DNA from: a virus
Length of the DNA stretch: 64,000 bases
Virus record (IMG/VR): IMGVR_UViG_3300045988_092126
Strand: one strand, 5' to 3'
In this document: one piece after another, positions 1 through 7,529 of the stretch
How positions within the stretch are numbered: the stretch's first letter is position 1
How the letters are laid out: each line of letters opens with the position of its first letter
Translations under genes and position numbers: made by a program
Notes under the pieces: generated by a model
What the model saw: only the letters and a program-made list of their open reading frames with translations
Told to the model about the DNA's origin: nothing
The model's database searches: none

Positions 1-2
1 CA

Positions 3-482
3 ACAATAGAAAGCGGAGAAACGAAACGAGAATACATCCAGACTCAATTTTATGACAAATATCTGGATGTAATTGCTTCGTATATGCTTATAGATACATA
101 TATCAAGCAATATGCCACTGATATAACAAAGCAAATTATTGATATAACATTCGAAAGGCTTTCTTCTGAAGATAAAAGCATTACTGATGATTATTACCTG
201 TCAAATGACCGGGCAATGTTTATTTCAGAGTGCGAAGCTAATTCGATGCTGAACTACAGACAGTATTCGAAAGCTGTGAAATCAGGAAAGACCAAAAAGA
301 AATGGATTGACGTAGGAGACAAAAGAGAACGAAAAACACACCTCGAAGTCGGAGGAACCACGCTTCCGATTGGCGAACCGTTCTCAGTTGGAGATAGCTT
401 GCTACAATTTCCAAAAGATACCTCATTAGGAGCTTCGGCAGACGAGATTGTGAATTGCCGGTGCTCAATTCAATACAGTTAA
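3..482 (+). CDS. head morphogenesis / minor head protein (SPP1 gp7 - Mu F family), C-terminal part; 5' end outside window
   Basis: Frame is open from the window edge to TAA 480-482. C-terminal DKRERKTHLEVGG...IVNCRCS signature of gp7/MuF proteins. Directly precedes scaffold and capsid genes. Confidence 0.7.
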   Translation, partial: TIESGETKREYIQTQFYDKYLDVIASYMLIDTYIKQYATDITKQIIDITFERLSSEDKSITDDYYLSNDRAMFISECEANSMLNYRQYSKAVKSGKTKKKWIDVGDKRERKTHLEVGGTTLPIGEPFSVGDSLLQFPKDTSLGASADEIVNCRCSIQYS

Positions 483-606
483 TTTAGAGACGAGTAAAAT
501 CGTCTCTTTTTTATTAAAAAAATATGCACCCCGATAGCGTAATCATGGGAGACACCTTGAGCTGAGCGAACAGCGTAAAAAAGCGTATTGGTGACAGGAG
601 ATTTCA

Positions 607-1233
607 ATGACAAGAGAAGATGTTAAAAGGATTTTTCCAGATGCAACCGATGACCAGATTACTTCTTTTCTGAATCAGTCAAATTCTGATGTGGCTAAAG
701 AGAAAGCAAAAGCCCAGAAAGCAAAAGAACAGGCTGATAAAGCAGAAGCACTGGAAAAAGAACTGGAAGAATTAAAAAAACAGAACATGACTGAAGCTGA
801 GAAAGCAGAACTGGAACGTCAGAAAGAAAAAGCTGCAAACGAAAAAAGAATTTCTGACCTTGAATCTGCACTTGCAACTTCCCAGAAAGAAGCTCTGACA
901 GGCAAAATTACTTCTATTTTTGCTAATGCAGGAATGAAAGGAGATGCCTATGCAGGAGCAATCAAAGCGTTTTCCAACATGAACGCAGAGGATGCTCTCA
1001 AAGAAGCCCAGACATTTGTCGATGGAATTTCCGTAGAAAATAAAAACGCTCTTGATACCGCAAAAGCAGCTTGGGAGAAAGAAGCACTTGAAAATACACC
1101 TAATCCCGGTGGCGGTAAATCTGGTGGAGAACCAGAAAAGAAAAGCGAAGCATCTGAATACGCAAAAGCGTACTCAGCAAAAATGTGTCCAGAAAATAAA
1201 CCGGCAGACGATAATGCCCCAGTAAATATTTAA
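607..1233 (+). CDS. capsid scaffolding protein
   Basis: 208 aa, E/K/A-rich predicted coiled coil (KEKAKAQKAKEQADKAEALEKELEELKK). AGGAG RBS. Sits between the MuF-like and capsid genes. Confidence 0.65.
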   Translation: MTREDVKRIFPDATDDQITSFLNQSNSDVAKEKAKAQKAKEQADKAEALEKELEELKKQNMTEAEKAELERQKEKAANEKRISDLESALATSQKEALTGKITSIFANAGMKGDAYAGAIKAFSNMNAEDALKEAQTFVDGISVENKNALDTAKAAWEKEALENTPNPGGGKSGGEPEKKSEASEYAKAYSAKMCPENKPADDNAPVNI

Positions 1234-1251
1234 GAAAAGGAGATTTAGATT

Positions 1252-1596
1252 ATGGCTTTTATGAAAACAGAGCAATACGAATCCACACCTAATATCCTCG
1301 AATCTGAGGTAGGACTGGTACTTAAAACCTATACAGCAGAACAGACAAATGCTGAAACCGTTGGAACTAAGAAGATTATCAAAGCAGGTTCTGTATATCC
1401 GACAAACGCAACTGGTGCTAAAGGCATCGTGTTTGAAGATGTTGATATGACAGACGATGCTAAGAGACCGATTTCCGTTATTGTTGCAGGACGTGTTCTT
1501 GAAAAAAGACTTCCGGTAACAGTAGAAACCACTGCAAAAACAGAGCTTGAAAAAGCAGGTATCGTTTTTGTGACTACTACAGACCCAGAATTTTAA
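1252..1596 (+). CDS. head decoration-like protein (assigned by size and synteny)
   Basis: 114-aa ORF with AAGGAG RBS immediately upstream of a gpE-type capsid gene, as for lambda gpD-type decoration proteins. No diagnostic motif seen. Confidence 0.4.
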   Translation: MAFMKTEQYESTPNILESEVGLVLKTYTAEQTNAETVGTKKIIKAGSVYPTNATGAKGIVFEDVDMTDDAKRPISVIVAGRVLEKRLPVTVETTAKTELEKAGIVFVTTTDPEF

Positions 1597-1609
1597 GGAG
1601 GTACAGCAG

Positions 1610-2647
1610 ATGCCATTTAATATTTTAGAATCAATCACACCGGAAGAAAGACTTAACTTTTCTCAGGATTTCAGCGTAAAAAGGCCGGGCATTCTTGACA
1701 CCATCTTCCCGGATGTCAAAACACAGTTTCTGAAAGCTGAATACTACAGACTTATGGCTGGACAGAGACTTCCAGAGGTAGCATTCGTTCATGCACTTGA
1801 TACTGAAGCAGAAATCGGAACAAGACCGGGCTTCGAAAAAGTCCTGACTGAAAAGCTCTTTATTAAGAGAAAAATCAATCAGTCTGAGAGATTACAGCAG
1901 GCAATTGAAAATGGTGTGCCGGATGATGAGAATTTAAAGAAATTTGTATTTGATGATGCAGCTAATCTGTTTGAAGGAGTTGTTGCTAGAGCAAATGTCA
2001 TGAAAGGCCAATTTCTTAGCACAGGTGTTGTAAAAATTAAAGAAAACAATGTGGATATGAGCATTGATTATGGCGTTCCGTCCGATGCAAAAGTAGAAAT
2101 GACAGACTGGTCTAAACCAGATGCAGATATCATGGGTGATATCCAGAAGATGGTCGCTATTGCAGAAGATAATGGATTTGTGGTAAACAAAGCCCTTACC
2201 TCTCTCAAAATGATTAACTATATGAGAAATAACACTGCAATGCAGACCGCAGTTTTAGGAGCAGCTAACAAACGTCTTCTGACCAAACAGGAACTCGCTA
2301 ATCTGCTTATGCAGGAATACGGAATCACAATTGATCGCTGCGACGAGAAATTCAAATTCAGAAAAGCGGATGGTTCTCTCAAAACAGGAAGATACTTCAA
2401 AGAAGATGTATTCACACTGTATGAAGCAGAGCCAAACGGTTCATTTGGTACTGGACTCTGGGGCGTAACACGAGAGGAACTTGAATACAGACAGTTTATA
2501 CAAGAAGAGAACCGTTCTTTCGTAACACTGTCTATGTGGGCCACTCCAGACCCTGTGGCAGTATGGACAAAAGCATCCGGTATGTTTGTTCCAGTAGCAG
2601 CAAAAGCTAATGGCGGTATCGTAATCGGTACCAAAGCGGGGGAATAA
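1610..2647 (+). CDS. major capsid protein (lambda gpE-like family)
   Basis: 345 aa with GGAGG RBS. Length and N-terminus (MPFNILESITPEERLNF...) fit the E-type capsid family. Position after scaffold/decoration genes. Confidence 0.8.
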   Translation: MPFNILESITPEERLNFSQDFSVKRPGILDTIFPDVKTQFLKAEYYRLMAGQRLPEVAFVHALDTEAEIGTRPGFEKVLTEKLFIKRKINQSERLQQAIENGVPDDENLKKFVFDDAANLFEGVVARANVMKGQFLSTGVVKIKENNVDMSIDYGVPSDAKVEMTDWSKPDADIMGDIQKMVAIAEDNGFVVNKALTSLKMINYMRNNTAMQTAVLGAANKRLLTKQELANLLMQEYGITIDRCDEKFKFRKADGSLKTGRYFKEDVFTLYEAEPNGSFGTGLWGVTREELEYRQFIQEENRSFVTLSMWATPDPVAVWTKASGMFVPVAAKANGGIVIGTKAGE

Positions 2648-2835
2648 ACGGGCATAGTCTCGACAAGAACAGCCAGTCACCATCTGTAGCAAGTGTTAAA
2701 CACAAGTATACAGAAAGCGAGCTGTCAAGCATGACAGTGGTTCAGTTGAAACAGCTCGCAAGTGACAATGGCTATGCCCTGACATCGACAAACAAGGCTG
2801 GTATTATCTCAGAAATTTTATCTCAGCAAGGGTAG
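2611..2835 (+). CDS. start-less ORF encoding a linker plus HeH/SAP-like motif; candidate -1 frameshift extension of the capsid protein (or a 34-aa peptide from ATG 2731)
   Basis: The -1 frame relative to the capsid gene is open for 74 codons from 2611 and overlaps the last 12 capsid codons. No ATG/GTG/TTG occurs before 2731. It ends ELSSMTVVQLKQLASDNGYALTSTNKAGIISEILSQQG. A G5 run at 2638-2642 sits just before the capsid stop. Confidence 0.4.
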   Translation, partial: WRYRNRYQSGGINGHSLDKNSQSPSVASVKHKYTESELSSMTVVQLKQLASDNGYALTSTNKAGIISEILSQQG

Positions 2836-2845
2836 GTGATCTTAA

Positions 2846-3172
2846 ATGGACGAACGGCTTGTAAATGATCTGAAAGAGTATCTATCCGATGATGCGGAAA
2901 CTGACGGTATGATTTCTTTGTCTGTGAAGCGTGCAATTCGTTCGTTCAAAAAGAAACGCAACTATCCGTCTGGATATACAGATGAAAAAATCAATACCGA
3001 TATGGAATACTGTTATGATTGCATATTTGATCTGGCTCTCTATTTCCTTGTGAAACAGGGGGCCGAGTTCCAAGAATCGCACTCTGAAAATTCAGTAAGT
3101 CGAAAATGGGAATCCGAAACGGAAATATATATCAATCATGGCGTTTTTCCGTTTGCAGGAAGTTTAATTTAA
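2846..3172 (+). CDS. head-tail connector protein (gp6-like)
   Basis: 108 aa. N-terminal LVNDLKEYL..DD.ETDGMI..SVKRAI pattern is typical of gp6-like connectors. Position after the capsid gene. Confidence 0.55.
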   Translation: MDERLVNDLKEYLSDDAETDGMISLSVKRAIRSFKKKRNYPSGYTDEKINTDMEYCYDCIFDLALYFLVKQGAEFQESHSENSVSRKWESETEIYINHGVFPFAGSLI

Positions 3173-3284
3173 TAAGATGGTTGGGTCACGTGGCACAGTA
3201 TTTTTGTCCTCCCGGAGTGCCGCTGGGTTGCTTATATTCAGTAGGGAAAAGCAAATGTTAAGGGAGTGAAGAAAGGAACTGGCG

Positions 3285-3596
3285 ATGGGATGTGAACATG
3301 AATGTTTTAATGAACACCGCATAGAAGAATTAGAGAATAGTCTTCGACAGATGCAAGAGAGACAATCCGACCGCCATAAAGAGTTTTATGAGCGTATCGG
3401 GGAACTGGAAAGAAAGACAGCATTAAGTGAGAATGACTTGAACCATATCAAGTCAACTGTGGATGAGATGAATAACAATATAAAGACTCTCATGGCAGTT
3501 CCAGGAAAGCGCTATGATACAATTATTGTATGTGTTATTACGGCAATTGTCGGCGCGGTTATCGGATTTATGTTAAACGGCATTCTTCCAGTTTGA
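3285..3596 (+). CDS. XhlA-like membrane protein
   Basis: 103 aa with an N-terminal heptad region (IEELENSLRQMQERQSDRHKEFYERIGELERK) and one C-terminal TM helix (TIIVCVITAIVGAVIGFMLNGIL). This is the architecture of PBSX XhlA. Confidence 0.5.
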   Translation: MGCEHECFNEHRIEELENSLRQMQERQSDRHKEFYERIGELERKTALSENDLNHIKSTVDEMNNNIKTLMAVPGKRYDTIIVCVITAIVGAVIGFMLNGILPV

Positions 3597-3625
3597 TTCC
3601 ACTTGTAAGGGAGGACGGTGGAAAT

Positions 3626-3880
3626 ATGAATTATACAGACTTTTCAGAAGATGAAAGAAAATTTTACTTAAAAGAAGCAGGATTCGATTCCAGAGAAGAA
3701 AAACTGTTTCGTTTACGGGTTTATGGCGAGAAAACACTATGGGAAGCAGCTGAACTTATGGGGTATAGTCCAAGAACCATAGACCGAATTAATAAAAGAA
3801 TAAAGAAGAAAATTTCTAAAGTTGCCCCGATGTACTGTCGGGGCTTTTCTTTGTATTGTGGCGAAAACGTGGCGAAATAG
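3626..3880 (+). CDS. sigma-70 region-4-like HTH regulator
   Basis: 84 aa from ATG 3626 (GGGAGGA RBS at 3609-3615). EEKLFRLRVYGEKTLWEAAELMGYSPRTIDRINKRIKKKI resembles a region 4.2 HTH. Confidence 0.5.
   Translation: MNYTDFSEDERKFYLKEAGFDSREEKLFRLRVYGEKTLWEAAELMGYSPRTIDRINKRIKKKISKVAPMYCRGFSLYCGENVAK
3824..3852 (+). terminator. intrinsic terminator
   Basis: GCCCCGA-tgtactg-TCGGGGC followed by TTTTCTTT. Lies inside the 3' end of the preceding ORF. Confidence 0.6.
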
Positions 3881-4035
3881 TGACGTTCAAAAACAGAGTT
3901 CCTTCCTATATAATATAATCATAGGAGAAAACACAATGATTATGTTAAGAAACCCTTACGAGGGTATATGGGAAAAGCATCGTTCTATAGATGATATGGA
4001 TATGATTCTTGAATCCCGGACAGGAGGAACAGATT

Positions 4036-4533
4036 ATGGCAGGTTATCCGTATTATCCGCAACAACCAATAATAAACAATCCATACGGACAGATACAGCC
4101 GTATCAGGACAGGCTGGCGCAATTGCAGAATAATTACCAACAGGCAATGCCTTATGGTCAAATACAGATGCAACAGTTACAGCCGGTTCCACAATCACCT
4201 ATGCTTCAAGGACAGATGGTGGATGGGATTGATACTGTAAAGGCTAAAGATGTGGATATGTCCGGCAATCCTGTTTACTATCCAAAAACAGACGGAACTG
4301 AAATTTACAGAAAACAGCTTCAATCCGATGGAAGGAGCAGAATTTTTGTTTACCGACTCGTAAATCCAGATGAACAGCAATCTAAGCAAGATGAAAAGCA
4401 GATTGATATTGAAGCAATGTTTAATCAGCTTCGGAATGATGTTTGTTCGGAGATTTCTGAAATAAAGAATATGTTTCCGACGCAGATGTCGGGGACATCG
4501 GAACCTAAGCAGAATGGAGGTAGGCAGAGATGA
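4036..4533 (+). CDS. Gln/Pro/Tyr-rich protein, unknown function
   Basis: Start chosen at ATG 4036 behind a GGAGGA RBS. N-terminus MAGYPYYPQQPIINNPYGQIQPYQDRLAQLQNNYQQAMPYGQIQMQQLQPVPQ, followed by an ordinary globular C-terminal half. Confidence 0.5.
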   Translation: MAGYPYYPQQPIINNPYGQIQPYQDRLAQLQNNYQQAMPYGQIQMQQLQPVPQSPMLQGQMVDGIDTVKAKDVDMSGNPVYYPKTDGTEIYRKQLQSDGRSRIFVYRLVNPDEQQSKQDEKQIDIEAMFNQLRNDVCSEISEIKNMFPTQMSGTSEPKQNGGRQR

Positions 4534-4775
4534 CATTCAATCCAAACGCCATGATGAAAAAGCAATTTGAGAAAATGATCTCTCAGAGGTTCGGAAGTGT
4601 TGACAACATGATGAACGATATGAGCAAATTTGCAGGTAACAATCCAACATTGAAAAATGCTTTGGATTTATATAAAAAAGGTGATACAGACCAGTTACAT
4701 CAAATACAGCAAAATGTATTTAATGAAAAGCACTTATCTCCAGATGGAATTATACAAAAATTCCTTGGATTATAA
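4530..4775 (+). CDS. hypothetical protein
   Basis: 81 aa with GGAGG RBS. ATGA start/stop overlap with the upstream gene. Confidence 0.45.
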   Translation: MTFNPNAMMKKQFEKMISQRFGSVDNMMNDMSKFAGNNPTLKNALDLYKKGDTDQLHQIQQNVFNEKHLSPDGIIQKFLGL

Positions 4776-4871
4776 CACTTCCCCACAATTGGGTGATTAA
4801 AAATCGCTACAATTCGGGACGACAGCCGCGGATGTCTCCTATTGTAAATAAAATTTAAGGAGACTAAAAAC

Positions 4872-5681
4872 ATGATGAATGGTTCAAATTATAGTCTTAG
4901 CGACATTGCTGCCGCTACAGGCTCTAATAATCGCGCCAATGATATGTGGGGCGGTGATGGCTTTTCACTTATCTGGCTCGTCCTGATCTTCGCAATCTTC
5001 GGCTGGGGAGGTTTTGGCGGCTGGGGCGGCGGCTTTGGCGGTAACGGTGGAAACGGTGCGAACGGTGCCGGTTTCCAAGGATGGGCTACCCGTTCAGATA
5101 TTAATGAGGAATTCGCCCTTAATGATATTCAGAATGGTATCAGAGGTATTCAGCAGGGTATCTGCGACAGCACGTATTCTCTTAACAATACCATGCAGAG
5201 TGGCTTTAATGGTATGAATGTCGGAATGCTTCAAGGCTTCAACGGCGTTCAGCAGGCAATCAATGCTGATACTGTAGCCGGTATGCAGAATACCAACGCA
5301 TTACAGTCTCAGTTAGCAAACTGTTGCTGTGAAACAAGAGAAGCTATACAGGGTATCAACTACAACCTTGCTACCAACACTTGTGCTCTCCAGAACACAA
5401 TGAACAACAACACCAGAGATCTTCTGGAAAACCAGAACAGCAACACAAGAGCAATCCTTGACTTCCTGACTAACGATAAGATTGCAACATTACAGGCAGA
5501 AAATACTGATCTGAAACGTGCTGCGTCTCAGGATCGTCAGTCTGCACTGCTTACAACTGCTATGGCTTCACAGACTCAGCAGTTAATCAATGCAATTAAT
5601 CCGGCGGCTATTCCGGCATATGTTGTTCCGAATCCGAATACCTATTACGGTGGATGCGGATGTAACAGCGGATGCTGCTAA
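4872..5681 (+). CDS. membrane-anchored Gly-, Asn/Gln- and Cys-rich protein, unknown function
   Basis: 269 aa with AAGGAG RBS. One TM helix flanked by Gly runs (GGDGFSLIWLVLIFAIFGWGGFGGWGGGFGGNGGNGANG), a long N/Q-rich helical region with CCC and C motifs, and a C-terminus YYGGCGCNSGCC. Confidence 0.6.
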   Translation: MMNGSNYSLSDIAAATGSNNRANDMWGGDGFSLIWLVLIFAIFGWGGFGGWGGGFGGNGGNGANGAGFQGWATRSDINEEFALNDIQNGIRGIQQGICDSTYSLNNTMQSGFNGMNVGMLQGFNGVQQAINADTVAGMQNTNALQSQLANCCCETREAIQGINYNLATNTCALQNTMNNNTRDLLENQNSNTRAILDFLTNDKIATLQAENTDLKRAASQDRQSALLTTAMASQTQQLINAINPAAIPAYVVPNPNTYYGGCGCNSGCC

Positions 5682-5711
5682 GTAACTCACCCTTAGAGGT
5701 TGACTAATTCT

Positions 5712-5743
5712 AAGAGGTGGGTTGCGGCTCACCTCTTATTTTG
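5712..5743 (+). terminator. intrinsic terminator
   Basis: AAGAGGTG-ggttgcggct-CACCTCTT followed by ATTTT. Confidence 0.6.
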
Positions 5744-5759
5744 ATTGAGAGGTAAAGAT

Positions 5760-6185
5760 ATGAGTTGTAAAAATGTTTGTAAGCTCTGCAACCATCTTGT
5801 AATCAGCCAAGCCGTTGCGTTTACAGGAGGCAATCTTGTAATCACACTTCCGGCAGGCAGTTACAACAATGGAGAGAAATATTGTATTGTTGTTGCGCAA
5901 AGCATACCGGAAGCCACTACAATTACTGCTCCGGTAATGATTCAGATAGGAACAGGAACAACTTTGTATCCGCTAGAGAATCGTTGCTGCGCACAGGTTA
6001 CGGCTTGCGGAATAAGAACCAGAACAAAGTACGCAACCAGAGTAGCTACAAGTGCAACCGGCGGAGTATTCAAGATGTTAGGAAATCCGGCTTGTAGTCC
6101 AAGTAACAATTTAACAGCAATTGATGGTACAGCCCCAACGACAGACACACCTGTTACACAGGCTGCCAGAAAGGGGGCAATGTAA
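5760..6185 (+). CDS. Cys-rich small protein, unknown function
   Basis: 141 aa from ATG 5760 (GAGAGG RBS). MSCKNVCKLCNH..., internal CC and four further Cys residues, and a Thr/Ala-rich, beta-like composition. Confidence 0.5.
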   Translation: MSCKNVCKLCNHLVISQAVAFTGGNLVITLPAGSYNNGEKYCIVVAQSIPEATTITAPVMIQIGTGTTLYPLENRCCAQVTACGIRTRTKYATRVATSATGGVFKMLGNPACSPSNNLTAIDGTAPTTDTPVTQAARKGAM

Positions 6186-6811
6186 TGCATAAAGTTGCAA
6201 TGGAAATGGGAAAATGGGCTATGGAAAAAGCCAAAGCACATGGATTTGACAATCTTAGTTCTCAGGACTGGGATGATCTGAAAGATTGCTTAGAAGCGGT
6301 AAAATGCGCAATCTGTGCAGATAAAGATTACAGAATCGTAGAAGCTATGGACGAATGTGAACAGGAAGAGAAGTATCTTGGACGCATGGGATATGACAAC
6401 TATCGTTACGCAAACGGCAGATTTGCACCAAAAGGCAGAGGAAGCCGAATGGGATATATGCCGTATCTCCATATGCAGGATGACGACTGGGTAAGTGAAT
6501 ATCCGAGCAATCCAGAGTTTGAACGTAATATGTACCGCATGGGCTATCATCCAGACCGTAGTGATATGAGAATGGACGGTATGAACAATAGGCAATCCAG
6601 ATATGGTGAAACCTACGACAGATACAGCGAGAATCGCAGACATTACCATGATTCCAAAGATGCTGAATCTAAGAGAAAAATGGACGATTCCATGAAAGAG
6701 TATACAGAAGATATCATCCGCAATATGAAAGAAATGTGGGATGATGCAGACGCATCAATCAGACAGCAGATGAAAACTGACTTAACACGTTTCATACAGC
6801 AGATGAATTGA
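6185..6811 (+). CDS. hypothetical protein with RMGY repeats
   Basis: 208 aa with TAATG overlap with the upstream gene. Has four (G)RMGY motifs, an Arg/Tyr/Asp/His-rich centre and a Cys cluster (CLEAVKCAIC) near the N-terminus. Confidence 0.5.
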   Translation: MHKVAMEMGKWAMEKAKAHGFDNLSSQDWDDLKDCLEAVKCAICADKDYRIVEAMDECEQEEKYLGRMGYDNYRYANGRFAPKGRGSRMGYMPYLHMQDDDWVSEYPSNPEFERNMYRMGYHPDRSDMRMDGMNNRQSRYGETYDRYSENRRHYHDSKDAESKRKMDDSMKEYTEDIIRNMKEMWDDADASIRQQMKTDLTRFIQQMN

Positions 6812-6827
6812 ATATGAAATGAATTTT

Positions 6828-6860
6828 GCCCTTGTTACAGGAATGTAGCAGGGGCTTTTT
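6828..6860 (+). terminator. intrinsic terminator
   Basis: GCCCTTG...CAGGGGC stem (one G-U pair) followed by TTTTT. Confidence 0.5.
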
Positions 6861-6886
6861 AGTTGAGAAAAGGATGGTGATAAGCC

Positions 6887-7273
6887 ATGCTAAGACAATT
6901 TTACATGAACGGCGACCTATGGAGGGTGCAGTTTGTATCTCCGCATGACAGCGTGTTAATTGACCGTACAGGCAATAGAACACTTGGAGTATCGGATTAT
7001 TCCACACATATTATTTCAATCGCAAATAACCTGTATGGAGAACTTCTGAACCGTGTATTTATTCATGAGCTAGGGCATTGCGTGATGTTCAGTTATGGTC
7101 TATTGCCAGAACTTCATCGTATGGTCAAGAAACGGTATTGGGTGGATGCAGAGGAATTTGTATGCAATATTCTGGCAGACTATGGACAGTTTGTTATTGG
7201 CACAGCCAGAGATATTTTAGGAAACCAGTTCACATATGTAGCTCCCATTGGGGCAGAAAGGATGATTGCATAG
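6887..7273 (+). CDS. putative zinc metallopeptidase (HExxH)
   Basis: 128 aa with FIHELGHCV (HExxH) at the centre. Size and layout resemble small SprT/ImmA-type phage peptidases. Confidence 0.5.
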   Translation: MLRQFYMNGDLWRVQFVSPHDSVLIDRTGNRTLGVSDYSTHIISIANNLYGELLNRVFIHELGHCVMFSYGLLPELHRMVKKRYWVDAEEFVCNILADYGQFVIGTARDILGNQFTYVAPIGAERMIA

Positions 7274-7516
7274 ATGGCAAAAGCAGAAAACACAATTATT
7301 TTTGATGGCATTCAGTACAATCCCGGTGATGAATTGCCGGATTTAGGCAGTTGGGTATGTACAGATGCAAGAGGTATGGTTCGTGATTACGAGGGACTTT
7401 CAAAAGACGTGTCAAAGCTCCCGCATTATGTACAGAGTGGTTCTTCGGCGTTGTGCCTTGATACTTCTGAATTATACGAATATCACAAACCTACTGATAC
7501 ATGGTACAAACTGTAA
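7274..7516 (+). CDS. hypothetical protein
   Basis: 80 aa. The ATG abuts the upstream stop. GAAAGGA RBS. Confidence 0.4.
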   Translation: MAKAENTIIFDGIQYNPGDELPDLGSWVCTDARGMVRDYEGLSKDVSKLPHYVQSGSSALCLDTSELYEYHKPTDTWYKL

Positions 7517-7529
7517 AGGAGAAGCGCAT

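Noticed and set aside
3937-4133. 65-aa ORF (MIMLRNPYEGIWEKHRSIDD...) with an AGGAGA RBS, overlapping the start of the Gln/Pro-rich gene.
   Set aside because: Its second half is just the out-of-frame reading of 4036..4533, which has the stronger RBS. A short upstream peptide of about 30 aa cannot be excluded, but it is not supported.
5014-6097. Alternative-frame ORFs 5014..5217 and 5882..6097 inside the Gly-rich and Cys-rich genes.
   Set aside because: They lie entirely within longer ORFs that have good RBSs. Their Ala/Arg-rich translations are the usual artefact of reading compositionally biased DNA out of frame.
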